Shown here: piece after piece, positions 42,170 to 55,932 of the stretch
How the letters are laid out: the number at the start of each line of letters is the position of its first letter
Numbering within the stretch: the stretch's first letter is position 1
Assembly (NCBI GenBank): GCA_019113295.1
Contig: DXHR01000011.1
Coordinates: forward strand, 97,254-161,253
Direction: 5' to 3'
Source: Candidatus Salinicoccus stercoripullorum
GTDB taxonomy: Bacteria > Bacillota > Bacilli > Staphylococcales > Salinicoccaceae
DNA: 64,000 nucleotides
The notes under the pieces: model-generated
What the model saw: only the letters and a program-made list of their open reading frames with translations
Databases searched by the model: none
What the model was told of the DNA's origin: nothing
Translations under genes and position numbers: made by a program

Positions 42170-43483
42170 TTATCTTTTTTTCCTGTTCTTCATAGAATAC
42201 TTCCTGCGTTCATTCCGTTTCAAAGCATTCATCTCTTCTTTCATCTTCTTCTTATAACCCGGCTTCACTTTGCCCGGCCGTTTCACCCGGTGGGAAAGTT
42301 TTGACTCGAGAGAAGTCTCTTTTCTCTTCCGTGAGGACCTCTGTGTCCTTGATTTTATACTGACGAACTCTCCGCGTTTGAAATCTTCATGTTGGAAGAC
42401 ATAGCCTTTATTTTCAATCAGGTTGATGAGGTGCTCTTCGTCGGGTGTATAGAGTGTGATTGCTGTTCCTTCATACTGTCCACGCCCAACACGTCCCACT
42501 CTGTGTGTAAAGAATTCAATTTCTTTCGGAATATCATAATTTATGACATGTGAGGCCCCATCGATATCGAGTCCTCTGGCAGCGAGATCACTCGCTACCA
42601 CCCATTCATATTCAAGTGCCCTGATCTTTTTGATTTCCTTCGTGCGCTCACGCGGTTTCAGACCGCCGTGGAATAATCCTGCATTTACACCGGCACTGTT
42701 CAGGTAATCGAACAATTCATCTGCCCGCTCCCGTGAATTGGCAAAAATGAGTCCGATATACGGAGTGACGTGCTGAACGATATCAAGGACTTTTTTCTTC
42801 TTTTCCTCCCCCCGTAACGGTACGAGGCTGTAATGGATTGAAGCTTTGTTCTTCGGCGTATCAATGATGATCGTCTCGACCTCGCCGATGTATTTCCTCA
42901 GGAAGATGCGGAGTGCCTCTGGAATCGTTGCAGAAAATACAAGCAGCCGAACCCCGTCACCGAGGGCCCTTGTTATCTGATCGATCTCTTCGAGAAATCC
43001 GAGGTCGATCATCAGATCGGCTTCGTCAATGACGACCCTGTCAGCGAGATGCAGGTCGAGCGCGCCTGACTGCATCAGATCTTTGACTCTTGACGGCGTG
43101 CCGATTACAATGTGGGGAGTCCTTCCCGCTTTCTGTTCATCCCTGTTCATATCCGTTCCGCCGATGAATGCAGCAGCACGTATTTCAGGATATGATTCCA
43201 GCAGCTCAAGTGTCATATTATGGAGCTGTCTGGCGAGCTCCCGTGTCGGGGCAAGTATGACCGTCTGCGGGCAATCCTTCCTTTCATCTATCTTGTATAT
43301 GAGCGGGAGCAGGAATGCATGGGATTTGCCGCTGCCGGTCTCGGACTGGGCAACGACATTGCCGCCCTTGAGGATCTTCGGAATCACCCGTTCCTGGATG
43401 AGTGTGGGGTGCGTAAAATTGATTCTGTCTATGGCATTCAGCATTTTATCATCAAAATTGAATCTTTTAAAAGCGTTACTCAT
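42170..43483 (-). CDS. cshB: DEAD-box RNA helicase CshB
   Basis: ETGSGKS, PTRELA, IDEAD, FSAT, ARGLD, HRVGRVGR; C-terminal VKPGYKKK. Confidence 0.93.
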   Translation of the reverse strand: MSNAFKRFNFDDKMLNAIDRINFTHPTLIQERVIPKILKGGNVVAQSETGSGKSHAFLLPLIYKIDERKDCPQTVILAPTRELARQLHNMTLELLESYPEIRAAAFIGGTDMNRDEQKAGRTPHIVIGTPSRVKDLMQSGALDLHLADRVVIDEADLMIDLGFLEEIDQITRALGDGVRLLVFSATIPEALRIFLRKYIGEVETIIIDTPKNKASIHYSLVPLRGEEKKKKVLDIVQHVTPYIGLIFANSRERADELFDYLNSAGVNAGLFHGGLKPRERTKEIKKIRALEYEWVVASDLAARGLDIDGASHVINYDIPKEIEFFTHRVGRVGRGQYEGTAITLYTPDEEHLINLIENKGYVFQHEDFKRGEFVSIKSRTQRSSRKRKETSLESKLSHRVKRPGKVKPGYKKKMKEEMNALKRNERRKYSMKNRKKR

Positions 43484-43628
43484 TGTTTCACCTGATTTCT
43501 ATAATAAACTCGAATTCAATTATAACCGAAATAGGTCTGTGATGCTATTATTCAATGAATCAGACTCCGAGATGATTTAAAAACATTCCGATATTGGTTA
43601 TAATGCTAGATGAGGAGGAATTCTTTCA

Positions 43629-44591
43629 ATGGATATTATTAAAATAACCCCGCGTGGATATTGTTACGGTGTGGTGGATGCCATGGTGATTGCACGCAAC
43701 GCCTCCATGGACAAGTCACTCCCCCGCCCGATTTATATACTCGGCATGATTGTTCACAACAAACATGTGACAGATGCTTTTGAAGAGGATGGCATCATTA
43801 CGCTTGACGGACCGAACCGCCTGGAAATCCTGGAAAATATCAATGAGGGCACTGTAGTGTTCACAGCTCATGGTGTCTCACCGCAGGTCAAGGCACGGGC
43901 AAAGGAAAAAGGGCTGACATGCATTGATGCTACATGTCCCGACGTGGAGATCACGCACGAACTGATTCGCGAGAAGACCGCCGAGGACTACGACGTCATC
44001 TATATCGGCAAAAAAGGGCATCCGGAACCGGAAGGCGCTGTCGGAGTTTGTCCGGAGCGTGTCCATCTGGTAGAGACCCTGGATGATGTCAAGGCACTGC
44101 CGGAGGAGATCGCAGAGAGGAAACTCATCGTTACCAACCAGACGACAATGAGTCAGTGGGATGTCAGTCATCTGATGGACCAGCTGAAATACCAATTCCC
44201 CCATATAGAAGTTCATAAGGAAATCTGCCTGGCAACCCAGGTGCGTCAGGAAGCAGTTGCTGAACAGGCACAGGAAGCCGAACTGCTTATCGTGGTCGGA
44301 GACCCTAAGAGTAATAACTCCAACCGTCTGGCACAGGTTTCAAAAGAGATTGCGCATACCAATGCGTACCGGATCAGTTCTCTTGATGAACTCAAAACGG
44401 AATGGCTTGAAGGCATCGATTCTGTCGCAGTCACCGCAGGAGCATCAACACCTACACCGATTGTCCGTGAAGTCATCGAATATATTAAAAAATATGATAA
44501 AGAAAATTCGGATGATCCTAGATCAGCAGTCCCTAAAAATAAAATCCTGCCAAAAATCAGGAATCCGAAACCGGTTAAAATAATGGAATAA
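43629..44591 (+). CDS. ispH: HMBPP reductase (LytB)
   Basis: [53 protein letters not shown]. Confidence 0.98.
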   Translation: MDIIKITPRGYCYGVVDAMVIARNASMDKSLPRPIYILGMIVHNKHVTDAFEEDGIITLDGPNRLEILENINEGTVVFTAHGVSPQVKARAKEKGLTCIDATCPDVEITHELIREKTAEDYDVIYIGKKGHPEPEGAVGVCPERVHLVETLDDVKALPEEIAERKLIVTNQTTMSQWDVSHLMDQLKYQFPHIEVHKEICLATQVRQEAVAEQAQEAELLIVVGDPKSNNSNRLAQVSKEIAHTNAYRISSLDELKTEWLEGIDSVAVTAGASTPTPIVREVIEYIKKYDKENSDDPRSAVPKNKILPKIRNPKPVKIME

Positions 44592-44622
44592 AAAAATGAG
44601 CCCCAGGGGCTCATTTTTTTAT
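44588..44622. terminator. Bidirectional terminator
   Basis: ATAAAAAAATGAGCCCC-a-GGGGCTCATTTTTTTAT. Confidence 0.85.
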
Positions 44623-45692
44623 GAAAAAGGGTTCGTAGATGACTGCGTCGCCTTCACTCTGATATCCAACTGTTCTTCAATCAAAATTTTCAGTCCTTCG
44701 GCCATCACATGTTCCATATAATGTCCTGTATCGATGATGTTTCTGCCTGCAAGTTTTGCATCGTACGCTTCATGATATTTCACATCCCCGGTCAGAAGTA
44801 CATCAGCGCCTCTTGCAAACGCTCCGTTGATATAGCTCATGCCGGAGCCGCCGATGACAGCGACCCTGCGGATCGGCTTGTCAGACCCTCTTACCGTATT
44901 GACTACCGAGAGACCGGTTTTCTCTTCTATCAATGACACGAGATCATCCATAGTGCCTTCGTAGTCAAACAATACGCCAAGCCCTTTCTCACCGGGTTTG
45001 TGGATGGAGAGAATATCAAATGCAGGTTCTTCATACGGATGGGACTCAACCAATGCTTCAACAACATGGTTTTCAATGGCGGGGTCGTATATCGCTTCCA
45101 CAATATACTCATCGACGTTCTCGAGTTCCCCTCTTGCCCCGATATGCGGATTTGCATCCCCGCCCGGTCTGAACTGGCCTTTGACAGGATATTCGAAGAA
45201 ACAGTCCGTATAATCCCCCTGCCGGCCGACGCCCGCTTTCGCAAGATCCGACTTCAGCTGTCCGCGGTCTTCTGCCGGAATATTGACTCTAAGTTTCTTA
45301 TAGGACGCTTCGTGCCTGATGAGGACTTCCGTATCGTGAAAACCAAGCCGTTCTGCAATCATATGACTGACCCCCCGGGGCTGGTGATCCAGATTAGTAT
45401 GCATCGCAATGAGATTGATATCATTTTTGATCAGACTGCGGATGATTGCTCCGGTCCCAGCTTCTGTAACACTTGAGGTTTTTGGGAAAATCAACGGATG
45501 ATGGGCGACGACGACATTGATGTCATTTTGTCGTGCTTCTTCCACCGTCTCCATGCTGCAGTCAAGCGTCGTCAGCACCCCGGTCACTTCAGATTGCATA
45601 TCTCCGACCAGCAATCCGGTGTTATCCCAGTCCTCACTGTCTTTGAACGGTGCAATACTGTCAAGGACACCAAACAGCTCATGAACCTTCAT
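44619..45692 (-). CDS. Nif3-like dinuclear metal-centre protein with PII-like insert (YqfO)
   Basis: WDNTGLLVG, HHPLIF, HTNLD, HPYEEPAFD, GHYMEH. Confidence 0.93.
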   Translation of the reverse strand: MKVHELFGVLDSIAPFKDSEDWDNTGLLVGDMQSEVTGVLTTLDCSMETVEEARQNDINVVVAHHPLIFPKTSSVTEAGTGAIIRSLIKNDINLIAMHTNLDHQPRGVSHMIAERLGFHDTEVLIRHEASYKKLRVNIPAEDRGQLKSDLAKAGVGRQGDYTDCFFEYPVKGQFRPGGDANPHIGARGELENVDEYIVEAIYDPAIENHVVEALVESHPYEEPAFDILSIHKPGEKGLGVLFDYEGTMDDLVSLIEEKTGLSVVNTVRGSDKPIRRVAVIGGSGMSYINGAFARGADVLLTGDVKYHEAYDAKLAGRNIIDTGHYMEHVMAEGLKILIEEQLDIRVKATQSSTNPFS

Positions 45693-46362
45693 CTTGCAAC
45701 ACCTCTTCCAACAAGTCTATGATTTCACGTATTTCATCCATTTTTCCATGTTTTGCAGAATTGACCTCCAAATTGGCAAGTATCCGCCTTTGGTGCTCAA
45801 GTTCCCTTTCCTGTTTCTGGATAAACGCATCCTCACGTCTTCTGAGGTTCACCGGGCCGAACATCAGCGCCTTTTCATCATAGAAAGCTTCGTCCTGATC
45901 GGCAACGATGATCTCATAATAATGCCTGCCGTGCCTGAGAACCGTCTCATCGGTTATGGTGTATCCCATTTCCTGAAGCACCCTGCGTACAGGGTAGGAA
46001 TAAGTGTTGGGCTGAAGAACCAGACGCGGCTTGCCATTCACATTTTTGAATCCACTTCTGAGTATATCAGCGATCAGAGGACCACCCATGCCACAGATTG
46101 TGATCGAGTCTATATCATCGTCCCCTGACACTACTTCAAGCCCGGAGCCGAACCGTGCTTCAATCCTGTCCGCAAGTCCATGAATCCGTATGTTTTCAAC
46201 CGTGGATTCATACGGACCTTTTACAACCTCACCGCATATCGCCTTCTGCACCATCCTGTTCTTCACTGCATAGATGGGAAGATATGCATGATCAGAGCCG
46301 ATATCCAGGAAGGTATCCCCTTCTATAAATGATGCTACCTTTTTCAATCTGTCGTCGAGCAT
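45679..46362 (-). CDS. trmK: tRNA (adenine22-N1)-methyltransferase
   Basis: DIGSDHAYLP, ITICGMGGPLI, LVLQPN, YEIIV. Confidence 0.94.
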   Translation of the reverse strand: MLDDRLKKVASFIEGDTFLDIGSDHAYLPIYAVKNRMVQKAICGEVVKGPYESTVENIRIHGLADRIEARFGSGLEVVSGDDDIDSITICGMGGPLIADILRSGFKNVNGKPRLVLQPNTYSYPVRRVLQEMGYTITDETVLRHGRHYYEIIVADQDEAFYDEKALMFGPVNLRRREDAFIQKQERELEHQRRILANLEVNSAKHGKMDEIREIIDLLEEVLQDEGS

Positions 46363-46397
46363 TTGAATCTCCTCCATCGGAATTTGGTGAACGAAAA

Positions 46398-46428
46398 ATA
46401 AAAACCTCCACATCAAATGCGGAGGTTT
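46398..46428 (-). terminator. Terminator between cccA and trmK
   Basis: AAACCTCC / GGAGGTTT stem with A-run. Confidence 0.6.
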
Positions 46429-46437
46429 CCCTGTCAA

Positions 46438-46839
46438 TTATTGACCTGCCATGAATTCATAAAGTGCAGTGAGATCTTCATCTGCAATCTGGTCCTGGCT
46501 GAATGCAGGCATCTGGCCTTTACCATTCCTTACAGTCTCAGTGAAAGTACCTTCATCAAGGCTTGTGCCTGCAAGTGCAGGTCCCATTCCGCCGGAGAAG
46601 TCCTCACCGTGACAGGAAGCACAGTTATCGCGGGCAAAGCCTTCGGCATCGAAGTCGCCGCTTGAAGCGTCTTCGCCGCCACCTTCACCGCCACCGCCAT
46701 CTTCACCGCCACCTTCCTCGGAAGCAGTCTGTTCTTCTTCTCCTTGATCAGAAGTCGCTCCCTGGGATGACAGGAGAAAAACGAGTCCTATACCCAGAAA
46801 AATGATAAGTATAAAAGGTATAACAGGATTTCGATTCAT
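46438..46839 (-). CDS. cccA: Membrane-anchored cytochrome c550
   Basis: MNRNPVIPF TM anchor, CASCH heme motif, MGPAL, GQMP; sits after sigA as in B. subtilis. Confidence 0.92.
   Translation of the reverse strand: MNRNPVIPFILIIFLGIGLVFLLSSQGATSDQGEEEQTASEEGGGEDGGGGEGGGEDASSGDFDAEGFARDNCASCHGEDFSGGMGPALAGTSLDEGTFTETVRNGKGQMPAFSQDQIADEDLTALYEFMAGQ
46669..46719 (-). repeat. Low-complexity Glu/Gly repeat in the cccA linker
   Basis: GAAGGTGGCGGTGAAGAT and GAAGGTGGCGGCGAAGAC (EGGGED x2) separated by GGCGGTGGCGGT. Confidence 0.85.
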
Positions 46840-46887
46840 CTTTAATAACCCCCCTAATCTCTTTCTATATACGTATTCACATATTTA

Positions 46888-46915
46888 ATTGTATATCAAA
46901 ACACAATAAAGTCAA
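46888..46915 (-). promoter_or_regulatory. SigA-type promoter candidate for cccA
   Basis: TTGACT-16 bp-TACAAT. Confidence 0.55.
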
Positions 46916-46954
46916 AAGATTTTTTCAATAAAAATTACACTCATCACTGTAAGA

Positions 46955-49844
<2,890 letters not shown>

Positions 49845-49850
49845 GTCTCA

Positions 49851-50675
49851 TCATCCCTTAACATCTATTCGGCCGTCAACATATTTCATGATTTCATTCG
49901 CCGTCTCCTCGATTGCCATCTCGGATACATCGATTACAGGACAGCCAATATTCGATATTATTTCATTGAAATAATCGAGTTCCTCCTGAATCCTCCTGTC
50001 ATTGGCATAGCTGGCTGTATCTTTCAACCCGAGCTGGGTGAGACGCTCTTTCCTGATCTTGTTCAGAGTCTGCGGGTTGATCTTAAGCCCCACACATTTC
50101 TTCGGGTCGACACGATACAATTCTTTGGGCGGTACAACTTCCGGCACGAGCGGGACATTCATCACCTTGTACTTTTTCAGTGCCAGGAACTGGGACAGCG
50201 GTGTTTTTGAAGTCCTTGAAACGCCGATGAGCACAATATCAGCTTTGTCCAGACCGCCTGCATCTTTGCCGTCATCATATTTTACGGCAAATTCGATTGC
50301 TTCGATTTTCTTGAAGTAGTCTTCATCCAGCTTATGGACACGCCCCGGTTCATAATAGGGCTGTTCTTCCGTCTTGCCTTCCAGGACTCTCATCAAAGGC
50401 CCCATGATGTCAACAGAAGGAATCTCTTCACTCTTCAATTCCTGCTGTATATACCTGCGGAGAACCGGCGTGATGATGGTGAAAACGACAATCGCATTCT
50501 TACTTTTCGCAAGATCCACCACATCATCCACATGTTCCTCAGTTTCTATATAAGGATACCTGATCAGCACTTCGCCCGATTCGTCAATATTGAACTGTGA
50601 CAGGCAGGCCTTTGCAACCAATTCACCTGTTTCGCCGACAGAATCGGATGCTACAATCACTTTCAATTTAGTCAT
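49851..50675 (-). CDS. Pyruvate/PEP dikinase regulatory protein family kinase/pyrophosphorylase (YqfL)
   Basis: [34 protein letters not shown]. Confidence 0.93.
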   Translation of the reverse strand: MTKLKVIVASDSVGETGELVAKACLSQFNIDESGEVLIRYPYIETEEHVDDVVDLAKSKNAIVVFTIITPVLRRYIQQELKSEEIPSVDIMGPLMRVLEGKTEEQPYYEPGRVHKLDEDYFKKIEAIEFAVKYDDGKDAGGLDKADIVLIGVSRTSKTPLSQFLALKKYKVMNVPLVPEVVPPKELYRVDPKKCVGLKINPQTLNKIRKERLTQLGLKDTASYANDRRIQEELDYFNEIISNIGCPVIDVSEMAIEETANEIMKYVDGRIDVKG

Positions 50676-50687
50676 TCAAACACTTCC

Positions 50688-51305
50688 TTATTCCATGAGA
50701 TTGACAAATACACGTGCAATATTCGTTTTCGTTATCCGCCCTATGACGCGTTCCACCCCATCCTGGTTTTCCACCACGGGCAGGGAATCGATTTGCTTTT
50801 CAATCAGCTGGTTGGCCGCATATATCAACAGATCATTTGGATAACATATGGTTATGCTCGGTTTACGGGTCATGATGACACTGACCGGTGTTTTCTCTAT
50901 ATCATTGCCACCCATCGTTCCCCTGAGCAAATCTTTCCGGGAAATCACACCCGCCAGTCCATTCTCCTCATCGATTGCATACAATGTCCCCACATCTTCC
51001 AGGAACATCTTTACGATAGCTTCATAGATGGATGTATCTTTTTTGATCAGGATGGGGACACTCTGTACGTCCCGTACGATGATGTTCCTTATTTTGGAGC
51101 TCATCACTTCTTCAGATTCCTTGCCGGTGTAAAAGTAACCCACTCTGGGTCTCGCATCCAGATACCCCGACATTGTAAGAATAGCCAGGTCAGGGCGCAG
51201 TGTGGCTCTAGTCAGAGATAGTTGCTCTGCAATTTTACTTCCGGTGATCGGTCCGTGCTGCTTCACAATTTTAAGTATTTTTTCTTGTCTCTCGTTCAAT
51301 TCCAT
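50688..51305 (-). CDS. ccpN: HTH-CBS transcriptional regulator CcpN
   Basis: GPITG...TRATLRPDLAILTMSG...ARPRVGYFY followed by a CBS pair. Confidence 0.93.
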   Translation of the reverse strand: MELNERQEKILKIVKQHGPITGSKIAEQLSLTRATLRPDLAILTMSGYLDARPRVGYFYTGKESEEVMSSKIRNIIVRDVQSVPILIKKDTSIYEAIVKMFLEDVGTLYAIDEENGLAGVISRKDLLRGTMGGNDIEKTPVSVIMTRKPSITICYPNDLLIYAANQLIEKQIDSLPVVENQDGVERVIGRITKTNIARVFVNLME

Positions 51306-51399
51306 GCCATCACTCCCAACAAACCAATTATAGTACATTCAGGACAATAAAGAAATATAAGCAAATGTTTGCAGAACAAACAATCTCCGGCTATAATAG

Positions 51400-51562
51400 G
51401 TTTGAAGCGAGTTAAGGATGGTGCGAGCTTAACACATTAAATGGCGTAAATGATGGAAACAAAACGATATATAAAAGCGGAGTGCATACACTAATTGGGG
51501 TGGAACCGCGGGCTTTGCTCGTCCCCGGATGACAATCATCTATTGTTGTCCGGGGACTTTTT
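51400..51562 (+). ncRNA. Glycine T-box riboswitch leader (5' boundary uncertain)
   Basis: AG-bulge-like TGAAGCGA, distal stem GTTAAG-GATGGTGCGAG-CTTAAC, T-box AATTGGGGTGGAACCGCG (51493-51510), antiterminator 51497-51526, terminator 51521-51557 plus T-run. Confidence 0.9.
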
Positions 51563-51612
51563 GTGTTTTCTCCATCCACCATCCATCCAAAAATCAAAAG
51601 GAGCCGATTCAT

Positions 51613-52989
51613 ATGGAAATGGATACAATTGTAAACTTAGCGAAAACCAGGGGATTCGTATTCCCTGGAAGTGAGATCTACGGTGGTCTCGCAAACACCT
51701 GGGACTATGGCCCGCTTGGGGTGGAACTGAAAAACAACGTTAAACAGGCCTGGTGGAAAAAATTCATCCAGGAATCACCATACAACGTGGGACTTGATGC
51801 CGCAATCCTCATGAACCCTAAAACATGGGAGGCATCCGGACATCTTGGCAACTTCAACGATCCCATGATCGACTGCAAGGAATGCAAGTCACGCCACCGG
51901 GCGGATAAGATCATCGAGGATGTAATGCAGAAAGAGGACGATACTTTTGTAGCGGACGGACTGAGCTTCGATGAAATGAAACGCATCATCGACGAGCGCG
52001 ATATCAGGTGCCCGAACTGCGGTGGGCACAACTATACGGACATCCGCCAGTTCAACCTGATGTTCAAGACATTCCAAGGGGTCACGGAATCATCTACAAA
52101 TGAATTATTCCTGCGTCCCGAAACAGCACAGGGCATTTTCGTCAACTACAAGAATGCACAGCGTACAATGCGCAAGAAGCTTCCTTTCGGCATCGGTCAG
52201 GTGGGTAAATCTTTCCGTAACGAGATTACGCCGGGCAACTTCACTTTCAGGACCCGTGAATTCGATCAGATGGAACTGGAGTTCTTCTGCAAACCGGGCA
52301 CTGAAATCGAATGGCAGAACTATTGGAAGGATTTCGCAGAGAAATGGCTCGCCGATCTGAACATGAAAACTGAGAACACAAGACTCCGCGATCATGATGA
52401 AGATGAACTTAGCCACTACTCGAACGCGACTACTGACATCGAATATAAATTCCCGTTTGGCTGGGGAGAACTTTGGGGCGTTGCAAGCCGTACAGACTAT
52501 GACCTGCGCCAGCATATGGAACACTCCGGCGAAGACTTCAGATATCACGACCAGGAAACCGGTGAAAAATACATTCCATACTGCATTGAGCCATCACTCG
52601 GTCTGGACCGTGTAACTCTCGCCTTCCTGTGTGATGCATATGAAGAGGAAACGCTTGAGAACGGCGAGTCCCGTACTGTACTGCGCTTCCATCCACAAAT
52701 TGCACCGTTCAAAGCAGCTGTACTGCCGCTTTCCAAGAAATTGAGCGGAGACGCGATTAAAGTCTACGAGAAGATCGCCGGTGACTTCAACGTTGAATTC
52801 GATGAATCACAATCCATCGGCAAGCGCTACAGGAGACAGGACGAAATCGGTACACCGTACTGCATCACTTTCGATTTCGATTCACTCGAAGACCACAAGG
52901 TGACGATACGTGACCGTGATACAATGGAACAGACACGCATCGACATCGATGAAGTCAACAGCTTCCTCAAAGACAAAATGAATTACTGA
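51613..52989 (+). CDS. glyQS: Glycine--tRNA ligase, single-subunit (alpha2) class II
   Basis: [45 protein letters not shown], anticodon-binding domain. Confidence 0.97.
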   Translation: MEMDTIVNLAKTRGFVFPGSEIYGGLANTWDYGPLGVELKNNVKQAWWKKFIQESPYNVGLDAAILMNPKTWEASGHLGNFNDPMIDCKECKSRHRADKIIEDVMQKEDDTFVADGLSFDEMKRIIDERDIRCPNCGGHNYTDIRQFNLMFKTFQGVTESSTNELFLRPETAQGIFVNYKNAQRTMRKKLPFGIGQVGKSFRNEITPGNFTFRTREFDQMELEFFCKPGTEIEWQNYWKDFAEKWLADLNMKTENTRLRDHDEDELSHYSNATTDIEYKFPFGWGELWGVASRTDYDLRQHMEHSGEDFRYHDQETGEKYIPYCIEPSLGLDRVTLAFLCDAYEEETLENGESRTVLRFHPQIAPFKAAVLPLSKKLSGDAIKVYEKIAGDFNVEFDESQSIGKRYRRQDEIGTPYCITFDFDSLEDHKVTIRDRDTMEQTRIDIDEVNSFLKDKMNY

Positions 52990-52998
52990 TTAACTATA

Positions 52999-53029
52999 AA
53001 AAGCGTGGTGCCTCAGGCACCACGCTTTT
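52999..53029. terminator. Bidirectional terminator
   Basis: AAAAGCGTGGTGCCT-c-AGGCACCACGCTTTT. Confidence 0.85.
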
Positions 53030-53771
53030 AGTATGACTGCAGCAATTTTCTCGATTTGAAATAGACACCTGTATATTCGTCGTAGATCAGTTCCACAAAT
53101 TTCAGCAGGTTTCGTGCATTCTGTTCTGTAATGCTGATGGAATCAACATTGCCGACAGCGACATGTTTCAGAAATCCTGCCAGATAAAGCACCTGGCTCC
53201 TGATAGGCACAGACCGCTCCCCTGTTTCGTCATTCATGCACCTCGCACAGATTACACTGTGATACTTGAAGGAATAATTGTGGAATTCCTTATAGTCCCT
53301 TGAACCGCATATTGCACATTCTGTGACATTCATCTCTCCACCATAATACGGCAGCATCTTGATTGCGCAAAAGGCGACCACCCCGGCCGGTTGGCTGCCT
53401 TCCTCCAAAAGAGTAAGCGATTTGATGAGCAGCCGGTAGAAGCTCTCCTGGCGGACATCTTCCTCCAGCGCCTTGATAATGAGTTCCAGGACGTATGACG
53501 CATGGCTGTAAACATCAAAATCCCCATTCATTTCTTTGAAGCTTCGGATTTCATCGATTTCGTTCAACGTCCCCATCCCTTTGAACCTGCTGTACGTAAA
53601 AAGGACTTCCTTGATCCCTTGACGCAGGACGATGAACGGACTGTTGGTCTTGTTGAAACTGCGCGCCATCAATGGGACCTGACTGCCTTCTTCTGTCAAT
53701 ATAGTGATGATCCGGCTCGACTCACTGTAGTTCGTCTGCCGGATCATCACACCTTTTTGCTGATATATCAT
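53028..53771 (-). CDS. recO: DNA repair protein RecO
   Basis: KGVMIRQTNYSES OB fold, CAICG...C..C Zn site; follows era. Confidence 0.9.
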   Translation of the reverse strand: MIYQQKGVMIRQTNYSESSRIITILTEEGSQVPLMARSFNKTNSPFIVLRQGIKEVLFTYSRFKGMGTLNEIDEIRSFKEMNGDFDVYSHASYVLELIIKALEEDVRQESFYRLLIKSLTLLEEGSQPAGVVAFCAIKMLPYYGGEMNVTECAICGSRDYKEFHNYSFKYHSVICARCMNDETGERSVPIRSQVLYLAGFLKHVAVGNVDSISITEQNARNLLKFVELIYDEYTGVYFKSRKLLQSY

Positions 53772-53779
53772 TGTTTTAT

Positions 53780-54685
53780 CTAATACTCCTCGTCTTTATA
53801 GCCAAGTGAACGGATGAACTGTGTTTTGTTGCGCCAGTCTTTTTGGACTTTGACCCAGACTTCCAGGAATACTTTGCTGCCCAGGAGATTTTCGATATCA
53901 GCACGGGCCAGTTTACCGATTTCCTTCAGCATTTTGCCGTTTTTACCGATGACCATGCCCTTTTGTGAGTTCCTTTCCACATAAATCGTTGCGCTGACGT
54001 GGACAGTCCCTTTTTCATCGGCTTTCATCCGGTCGATTTCGACCCCGATGGCATGCGGGATTTCCTGGCTCGTCAGATGGAGTGCTTTCTCGCGGATAAG
54101 TTCACTCACGATGAAATGCTCAGGATGGTCGGTTACCCTGTCCGCCGGATAGTACATTGGACCTTCCGGGAGATACCCTTCAATCACTTGAAGCAGCTTT
54201 TCGATATTGTTGCCCTGCAATGCTGAAATAGGGACGATATCGCTGAAGTCGAGCTTATCCTTATACACCTCAATCTGCTGGATCAGCTTGTCCGGGTGAA
54301 CAAGGTCGATTTTGTTCATCACAAGAACAATTGGCGTTTTTGTGTTTTGAAGCATGTCGATGATGAATTCATCACCGCGGCCGAGTTCTTCTGAAACATT
54401 TACGAGAAACAGGATCACTTCGGTTTCGCGGAGAGTGTTCCTCGCGACTTTCATCATGTGTTCCCCGAGCTGATGCTTTGGTTTATGGATCCCCGGCGTA
54501 TCGATGAATATCATCTGGGAATCATCTGTCGTGTAGACACCCTGTATTTTATTTCTCGTAGTCTGCGGCTTGTCAGACATGATGGCAATCTTCTGTCCAA
54601 GGACTTTATTCATGAACGTGGATTTTCCTACGTTTGGCCGTCCGATGATACTTACAAAGCCTGACTTGAATTCTTTTTCATCCAT
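53780..54685 (-). CDS. era: GTPase Era
   Basis: [23 protein letters not shown] domain (GMVIGKNG). Confidence 0.98.
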   Translation of the reverse strand: MDEKEFKSGFVSIIGRPNVGKSTFMNKVLGQKIAIMSDKPQTTRNKIQGVYTTDDSQMIFIDTPGIHKPKHQLGEHMMKVARNTLRETEVILFLVNVSEELGRGDEFIIDMLQNTKTPIVLVMNKIDLVHPDKLIQQIEVYKDKLDFSDIVPISALQGNNIEKLLQVIEGYLPEGPMYYPADRVTDHPEHFIVSELIREKALHLTSQEIPHAIGVEIDRMKADEKGTVHVSATIYVERNSQKGMVIGKNGKMLKEIGKLARADIENLLGSKVFLEVWVKVQKDWRNKTQFIRSLGYKDEEY

Positions 54686-55092
54686 TAATCAAAATCCTTT
54701 CCTGAAAAGCCAAGCGGAAGCAGCTCATCCACAGTGCGTCTGATGACATCGCCTGACTTGTTTGTCATATATACCGGCATGTCATCATGACAGAGCTCCT
54801 TCATGACCTGTCTGCAAACACCGCATGGACTTGCCGGTTCATCCGCATCGGTCACGATGACGATGGCCTTGAATTTTGTAATATTATTCGAATAGGCGCT
54901 GACGAGTGCACTTCTTTCCGCACAGATGGTTGCCGGGTAGGCGGCATTCTCAATATTCGCGCCATAAATATATTCATCGTCCTCCGTAACCAGAAGTGCA
55001 CCTACATTGAATTTGGAATAAGGGGTGTATGCCCTGGACTGGGCCTCCTGCACCTCTTTGATCCATTCCTCCTTGAAAACACCATCATTCAT
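54685..55092 (-). CDS. cdd: Cytidine deaminase (housekeeping, homotetrameric type)
   Basis: [32 protein letters not shown]. Confidence 0.95.
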   Translation of the reverse strand: MNDGVFKEEWIKEVQEAQSRAYTPYSKFNVGALLVTEDDEYIYGANIENAAYPATICAERSALVSAYSNNITKFKAIVIVTDADEPASPCGVCRQVMKELCHDDMPVYMTNKSGDVIRRTVDELLPLGFSGKDFD

Positions 55093-55114
55093 ATTTTCTC
55101 TCTCCATTCTCAGA

Positions 55115-55465
55115 CTAAAATATATAAGGGATGAAAATAAGCAGACCGACAGTCACTGCATAGATGCATGACAGCAGCACGGCTGCAGCAGACACATCTT
55201 TCGCCGCTTTTGCATATTCATGGTAATCCCCGGTCACAAGATCAACAGTGTACTCGACACCCGTGTTCATCACTTCGGTGACAACTACTGCAAATATCGC
55301 ACTGATAATGAAGAGCCACTCAACCTTTTCAAGGCTAAAAAACAGTCCAAGCAAAATTACCAGGACTGTGACAATCATGTGCGAGAGGACATGCATATCT
55401 TTCTTCAGCATGGTTTTAAGCCCCATGAAGGCAAATTTAAAACGTCTGGATAACCGGTTTACCAT
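55115..55465 (-). CDS. dgkA: Diacylglycerol/undecaprenol kinase (DgkA type)
   Basis: FKFAFMGL, EVMNTGVEYTVDL, AKDVSAAAV. Confidence 0.92.
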   Translation of the reverse strand: MVNRLSRRFKFAFMGLKTMLKKDMHVLSHMIVTVLVILLGLFFSLEKVEWLFIISAIFAVVVTEVMNTGVEYTVDLVTGDYHEYAKAAKDVSAAAVLLSCIYAVTVGLLIFIPYIF

Positions 55466-55466
55466 A

Positions 55467-55931
55467 TTATACCTCTCTGGACACACCGAATGCATCTAAA
55501 ATTTCAGTCTGCAGGGCATTCATTTCACGCTCATCATCGTCTTCCATGTGATCATAGCCGAGCAAATGCAGAAATCCGTGAAGGGAGAGGAATAAAAGCT
55601 CGCGCCTGTATGAATGGCCGTAATCCTTCGCCTGCTCCTCCGCACGCTTCGTGCAGACGATGATATCCCCCAGGGTGCGCAGTGCATCTTCATGAATCAG
55701 ATTGTCTTCTTCGTCCTCAAGCGCGAAACTGATGACATCAGTCACCTGGTCCTTACCCCTGTAATTGCTGTTGATTTCCTTTATCTCCGCCTCATCCACA
55801 AAAGAGATGCTGACTTCAGCATCCTCTTTCTGTTTCAGATGGCTATAGGCAAAGCTGAGAAGTTCACGGATCTCTTCCTGCTGACCGGCCGATGTATGAT
55901 TTTCATCATCTATGAAATCTACTGTAATCAT
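55467..55931 (-). CDS. ybeY: rRNA maturation endoribonuclease YbeY
   Basis: TDVISF, LGDIIV, HGFLHLLGYDH. Confidence 0.96.
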   Translation of the reverse strand: MITVDFIDDENHTSAGQQEEIRELLSFAYSHLKQKEDAEVSISFVDEAEIKEINSNYRGKDQVTDVISFALEDEEDNLIHEDALRTLGDIIVCTKRAEEQAKDYGHSYRRELLFLSLHGFLHLLGYDHMEDDDEREMNALQTEILDAFGVSREV

Positions 55932-55932
55932 A

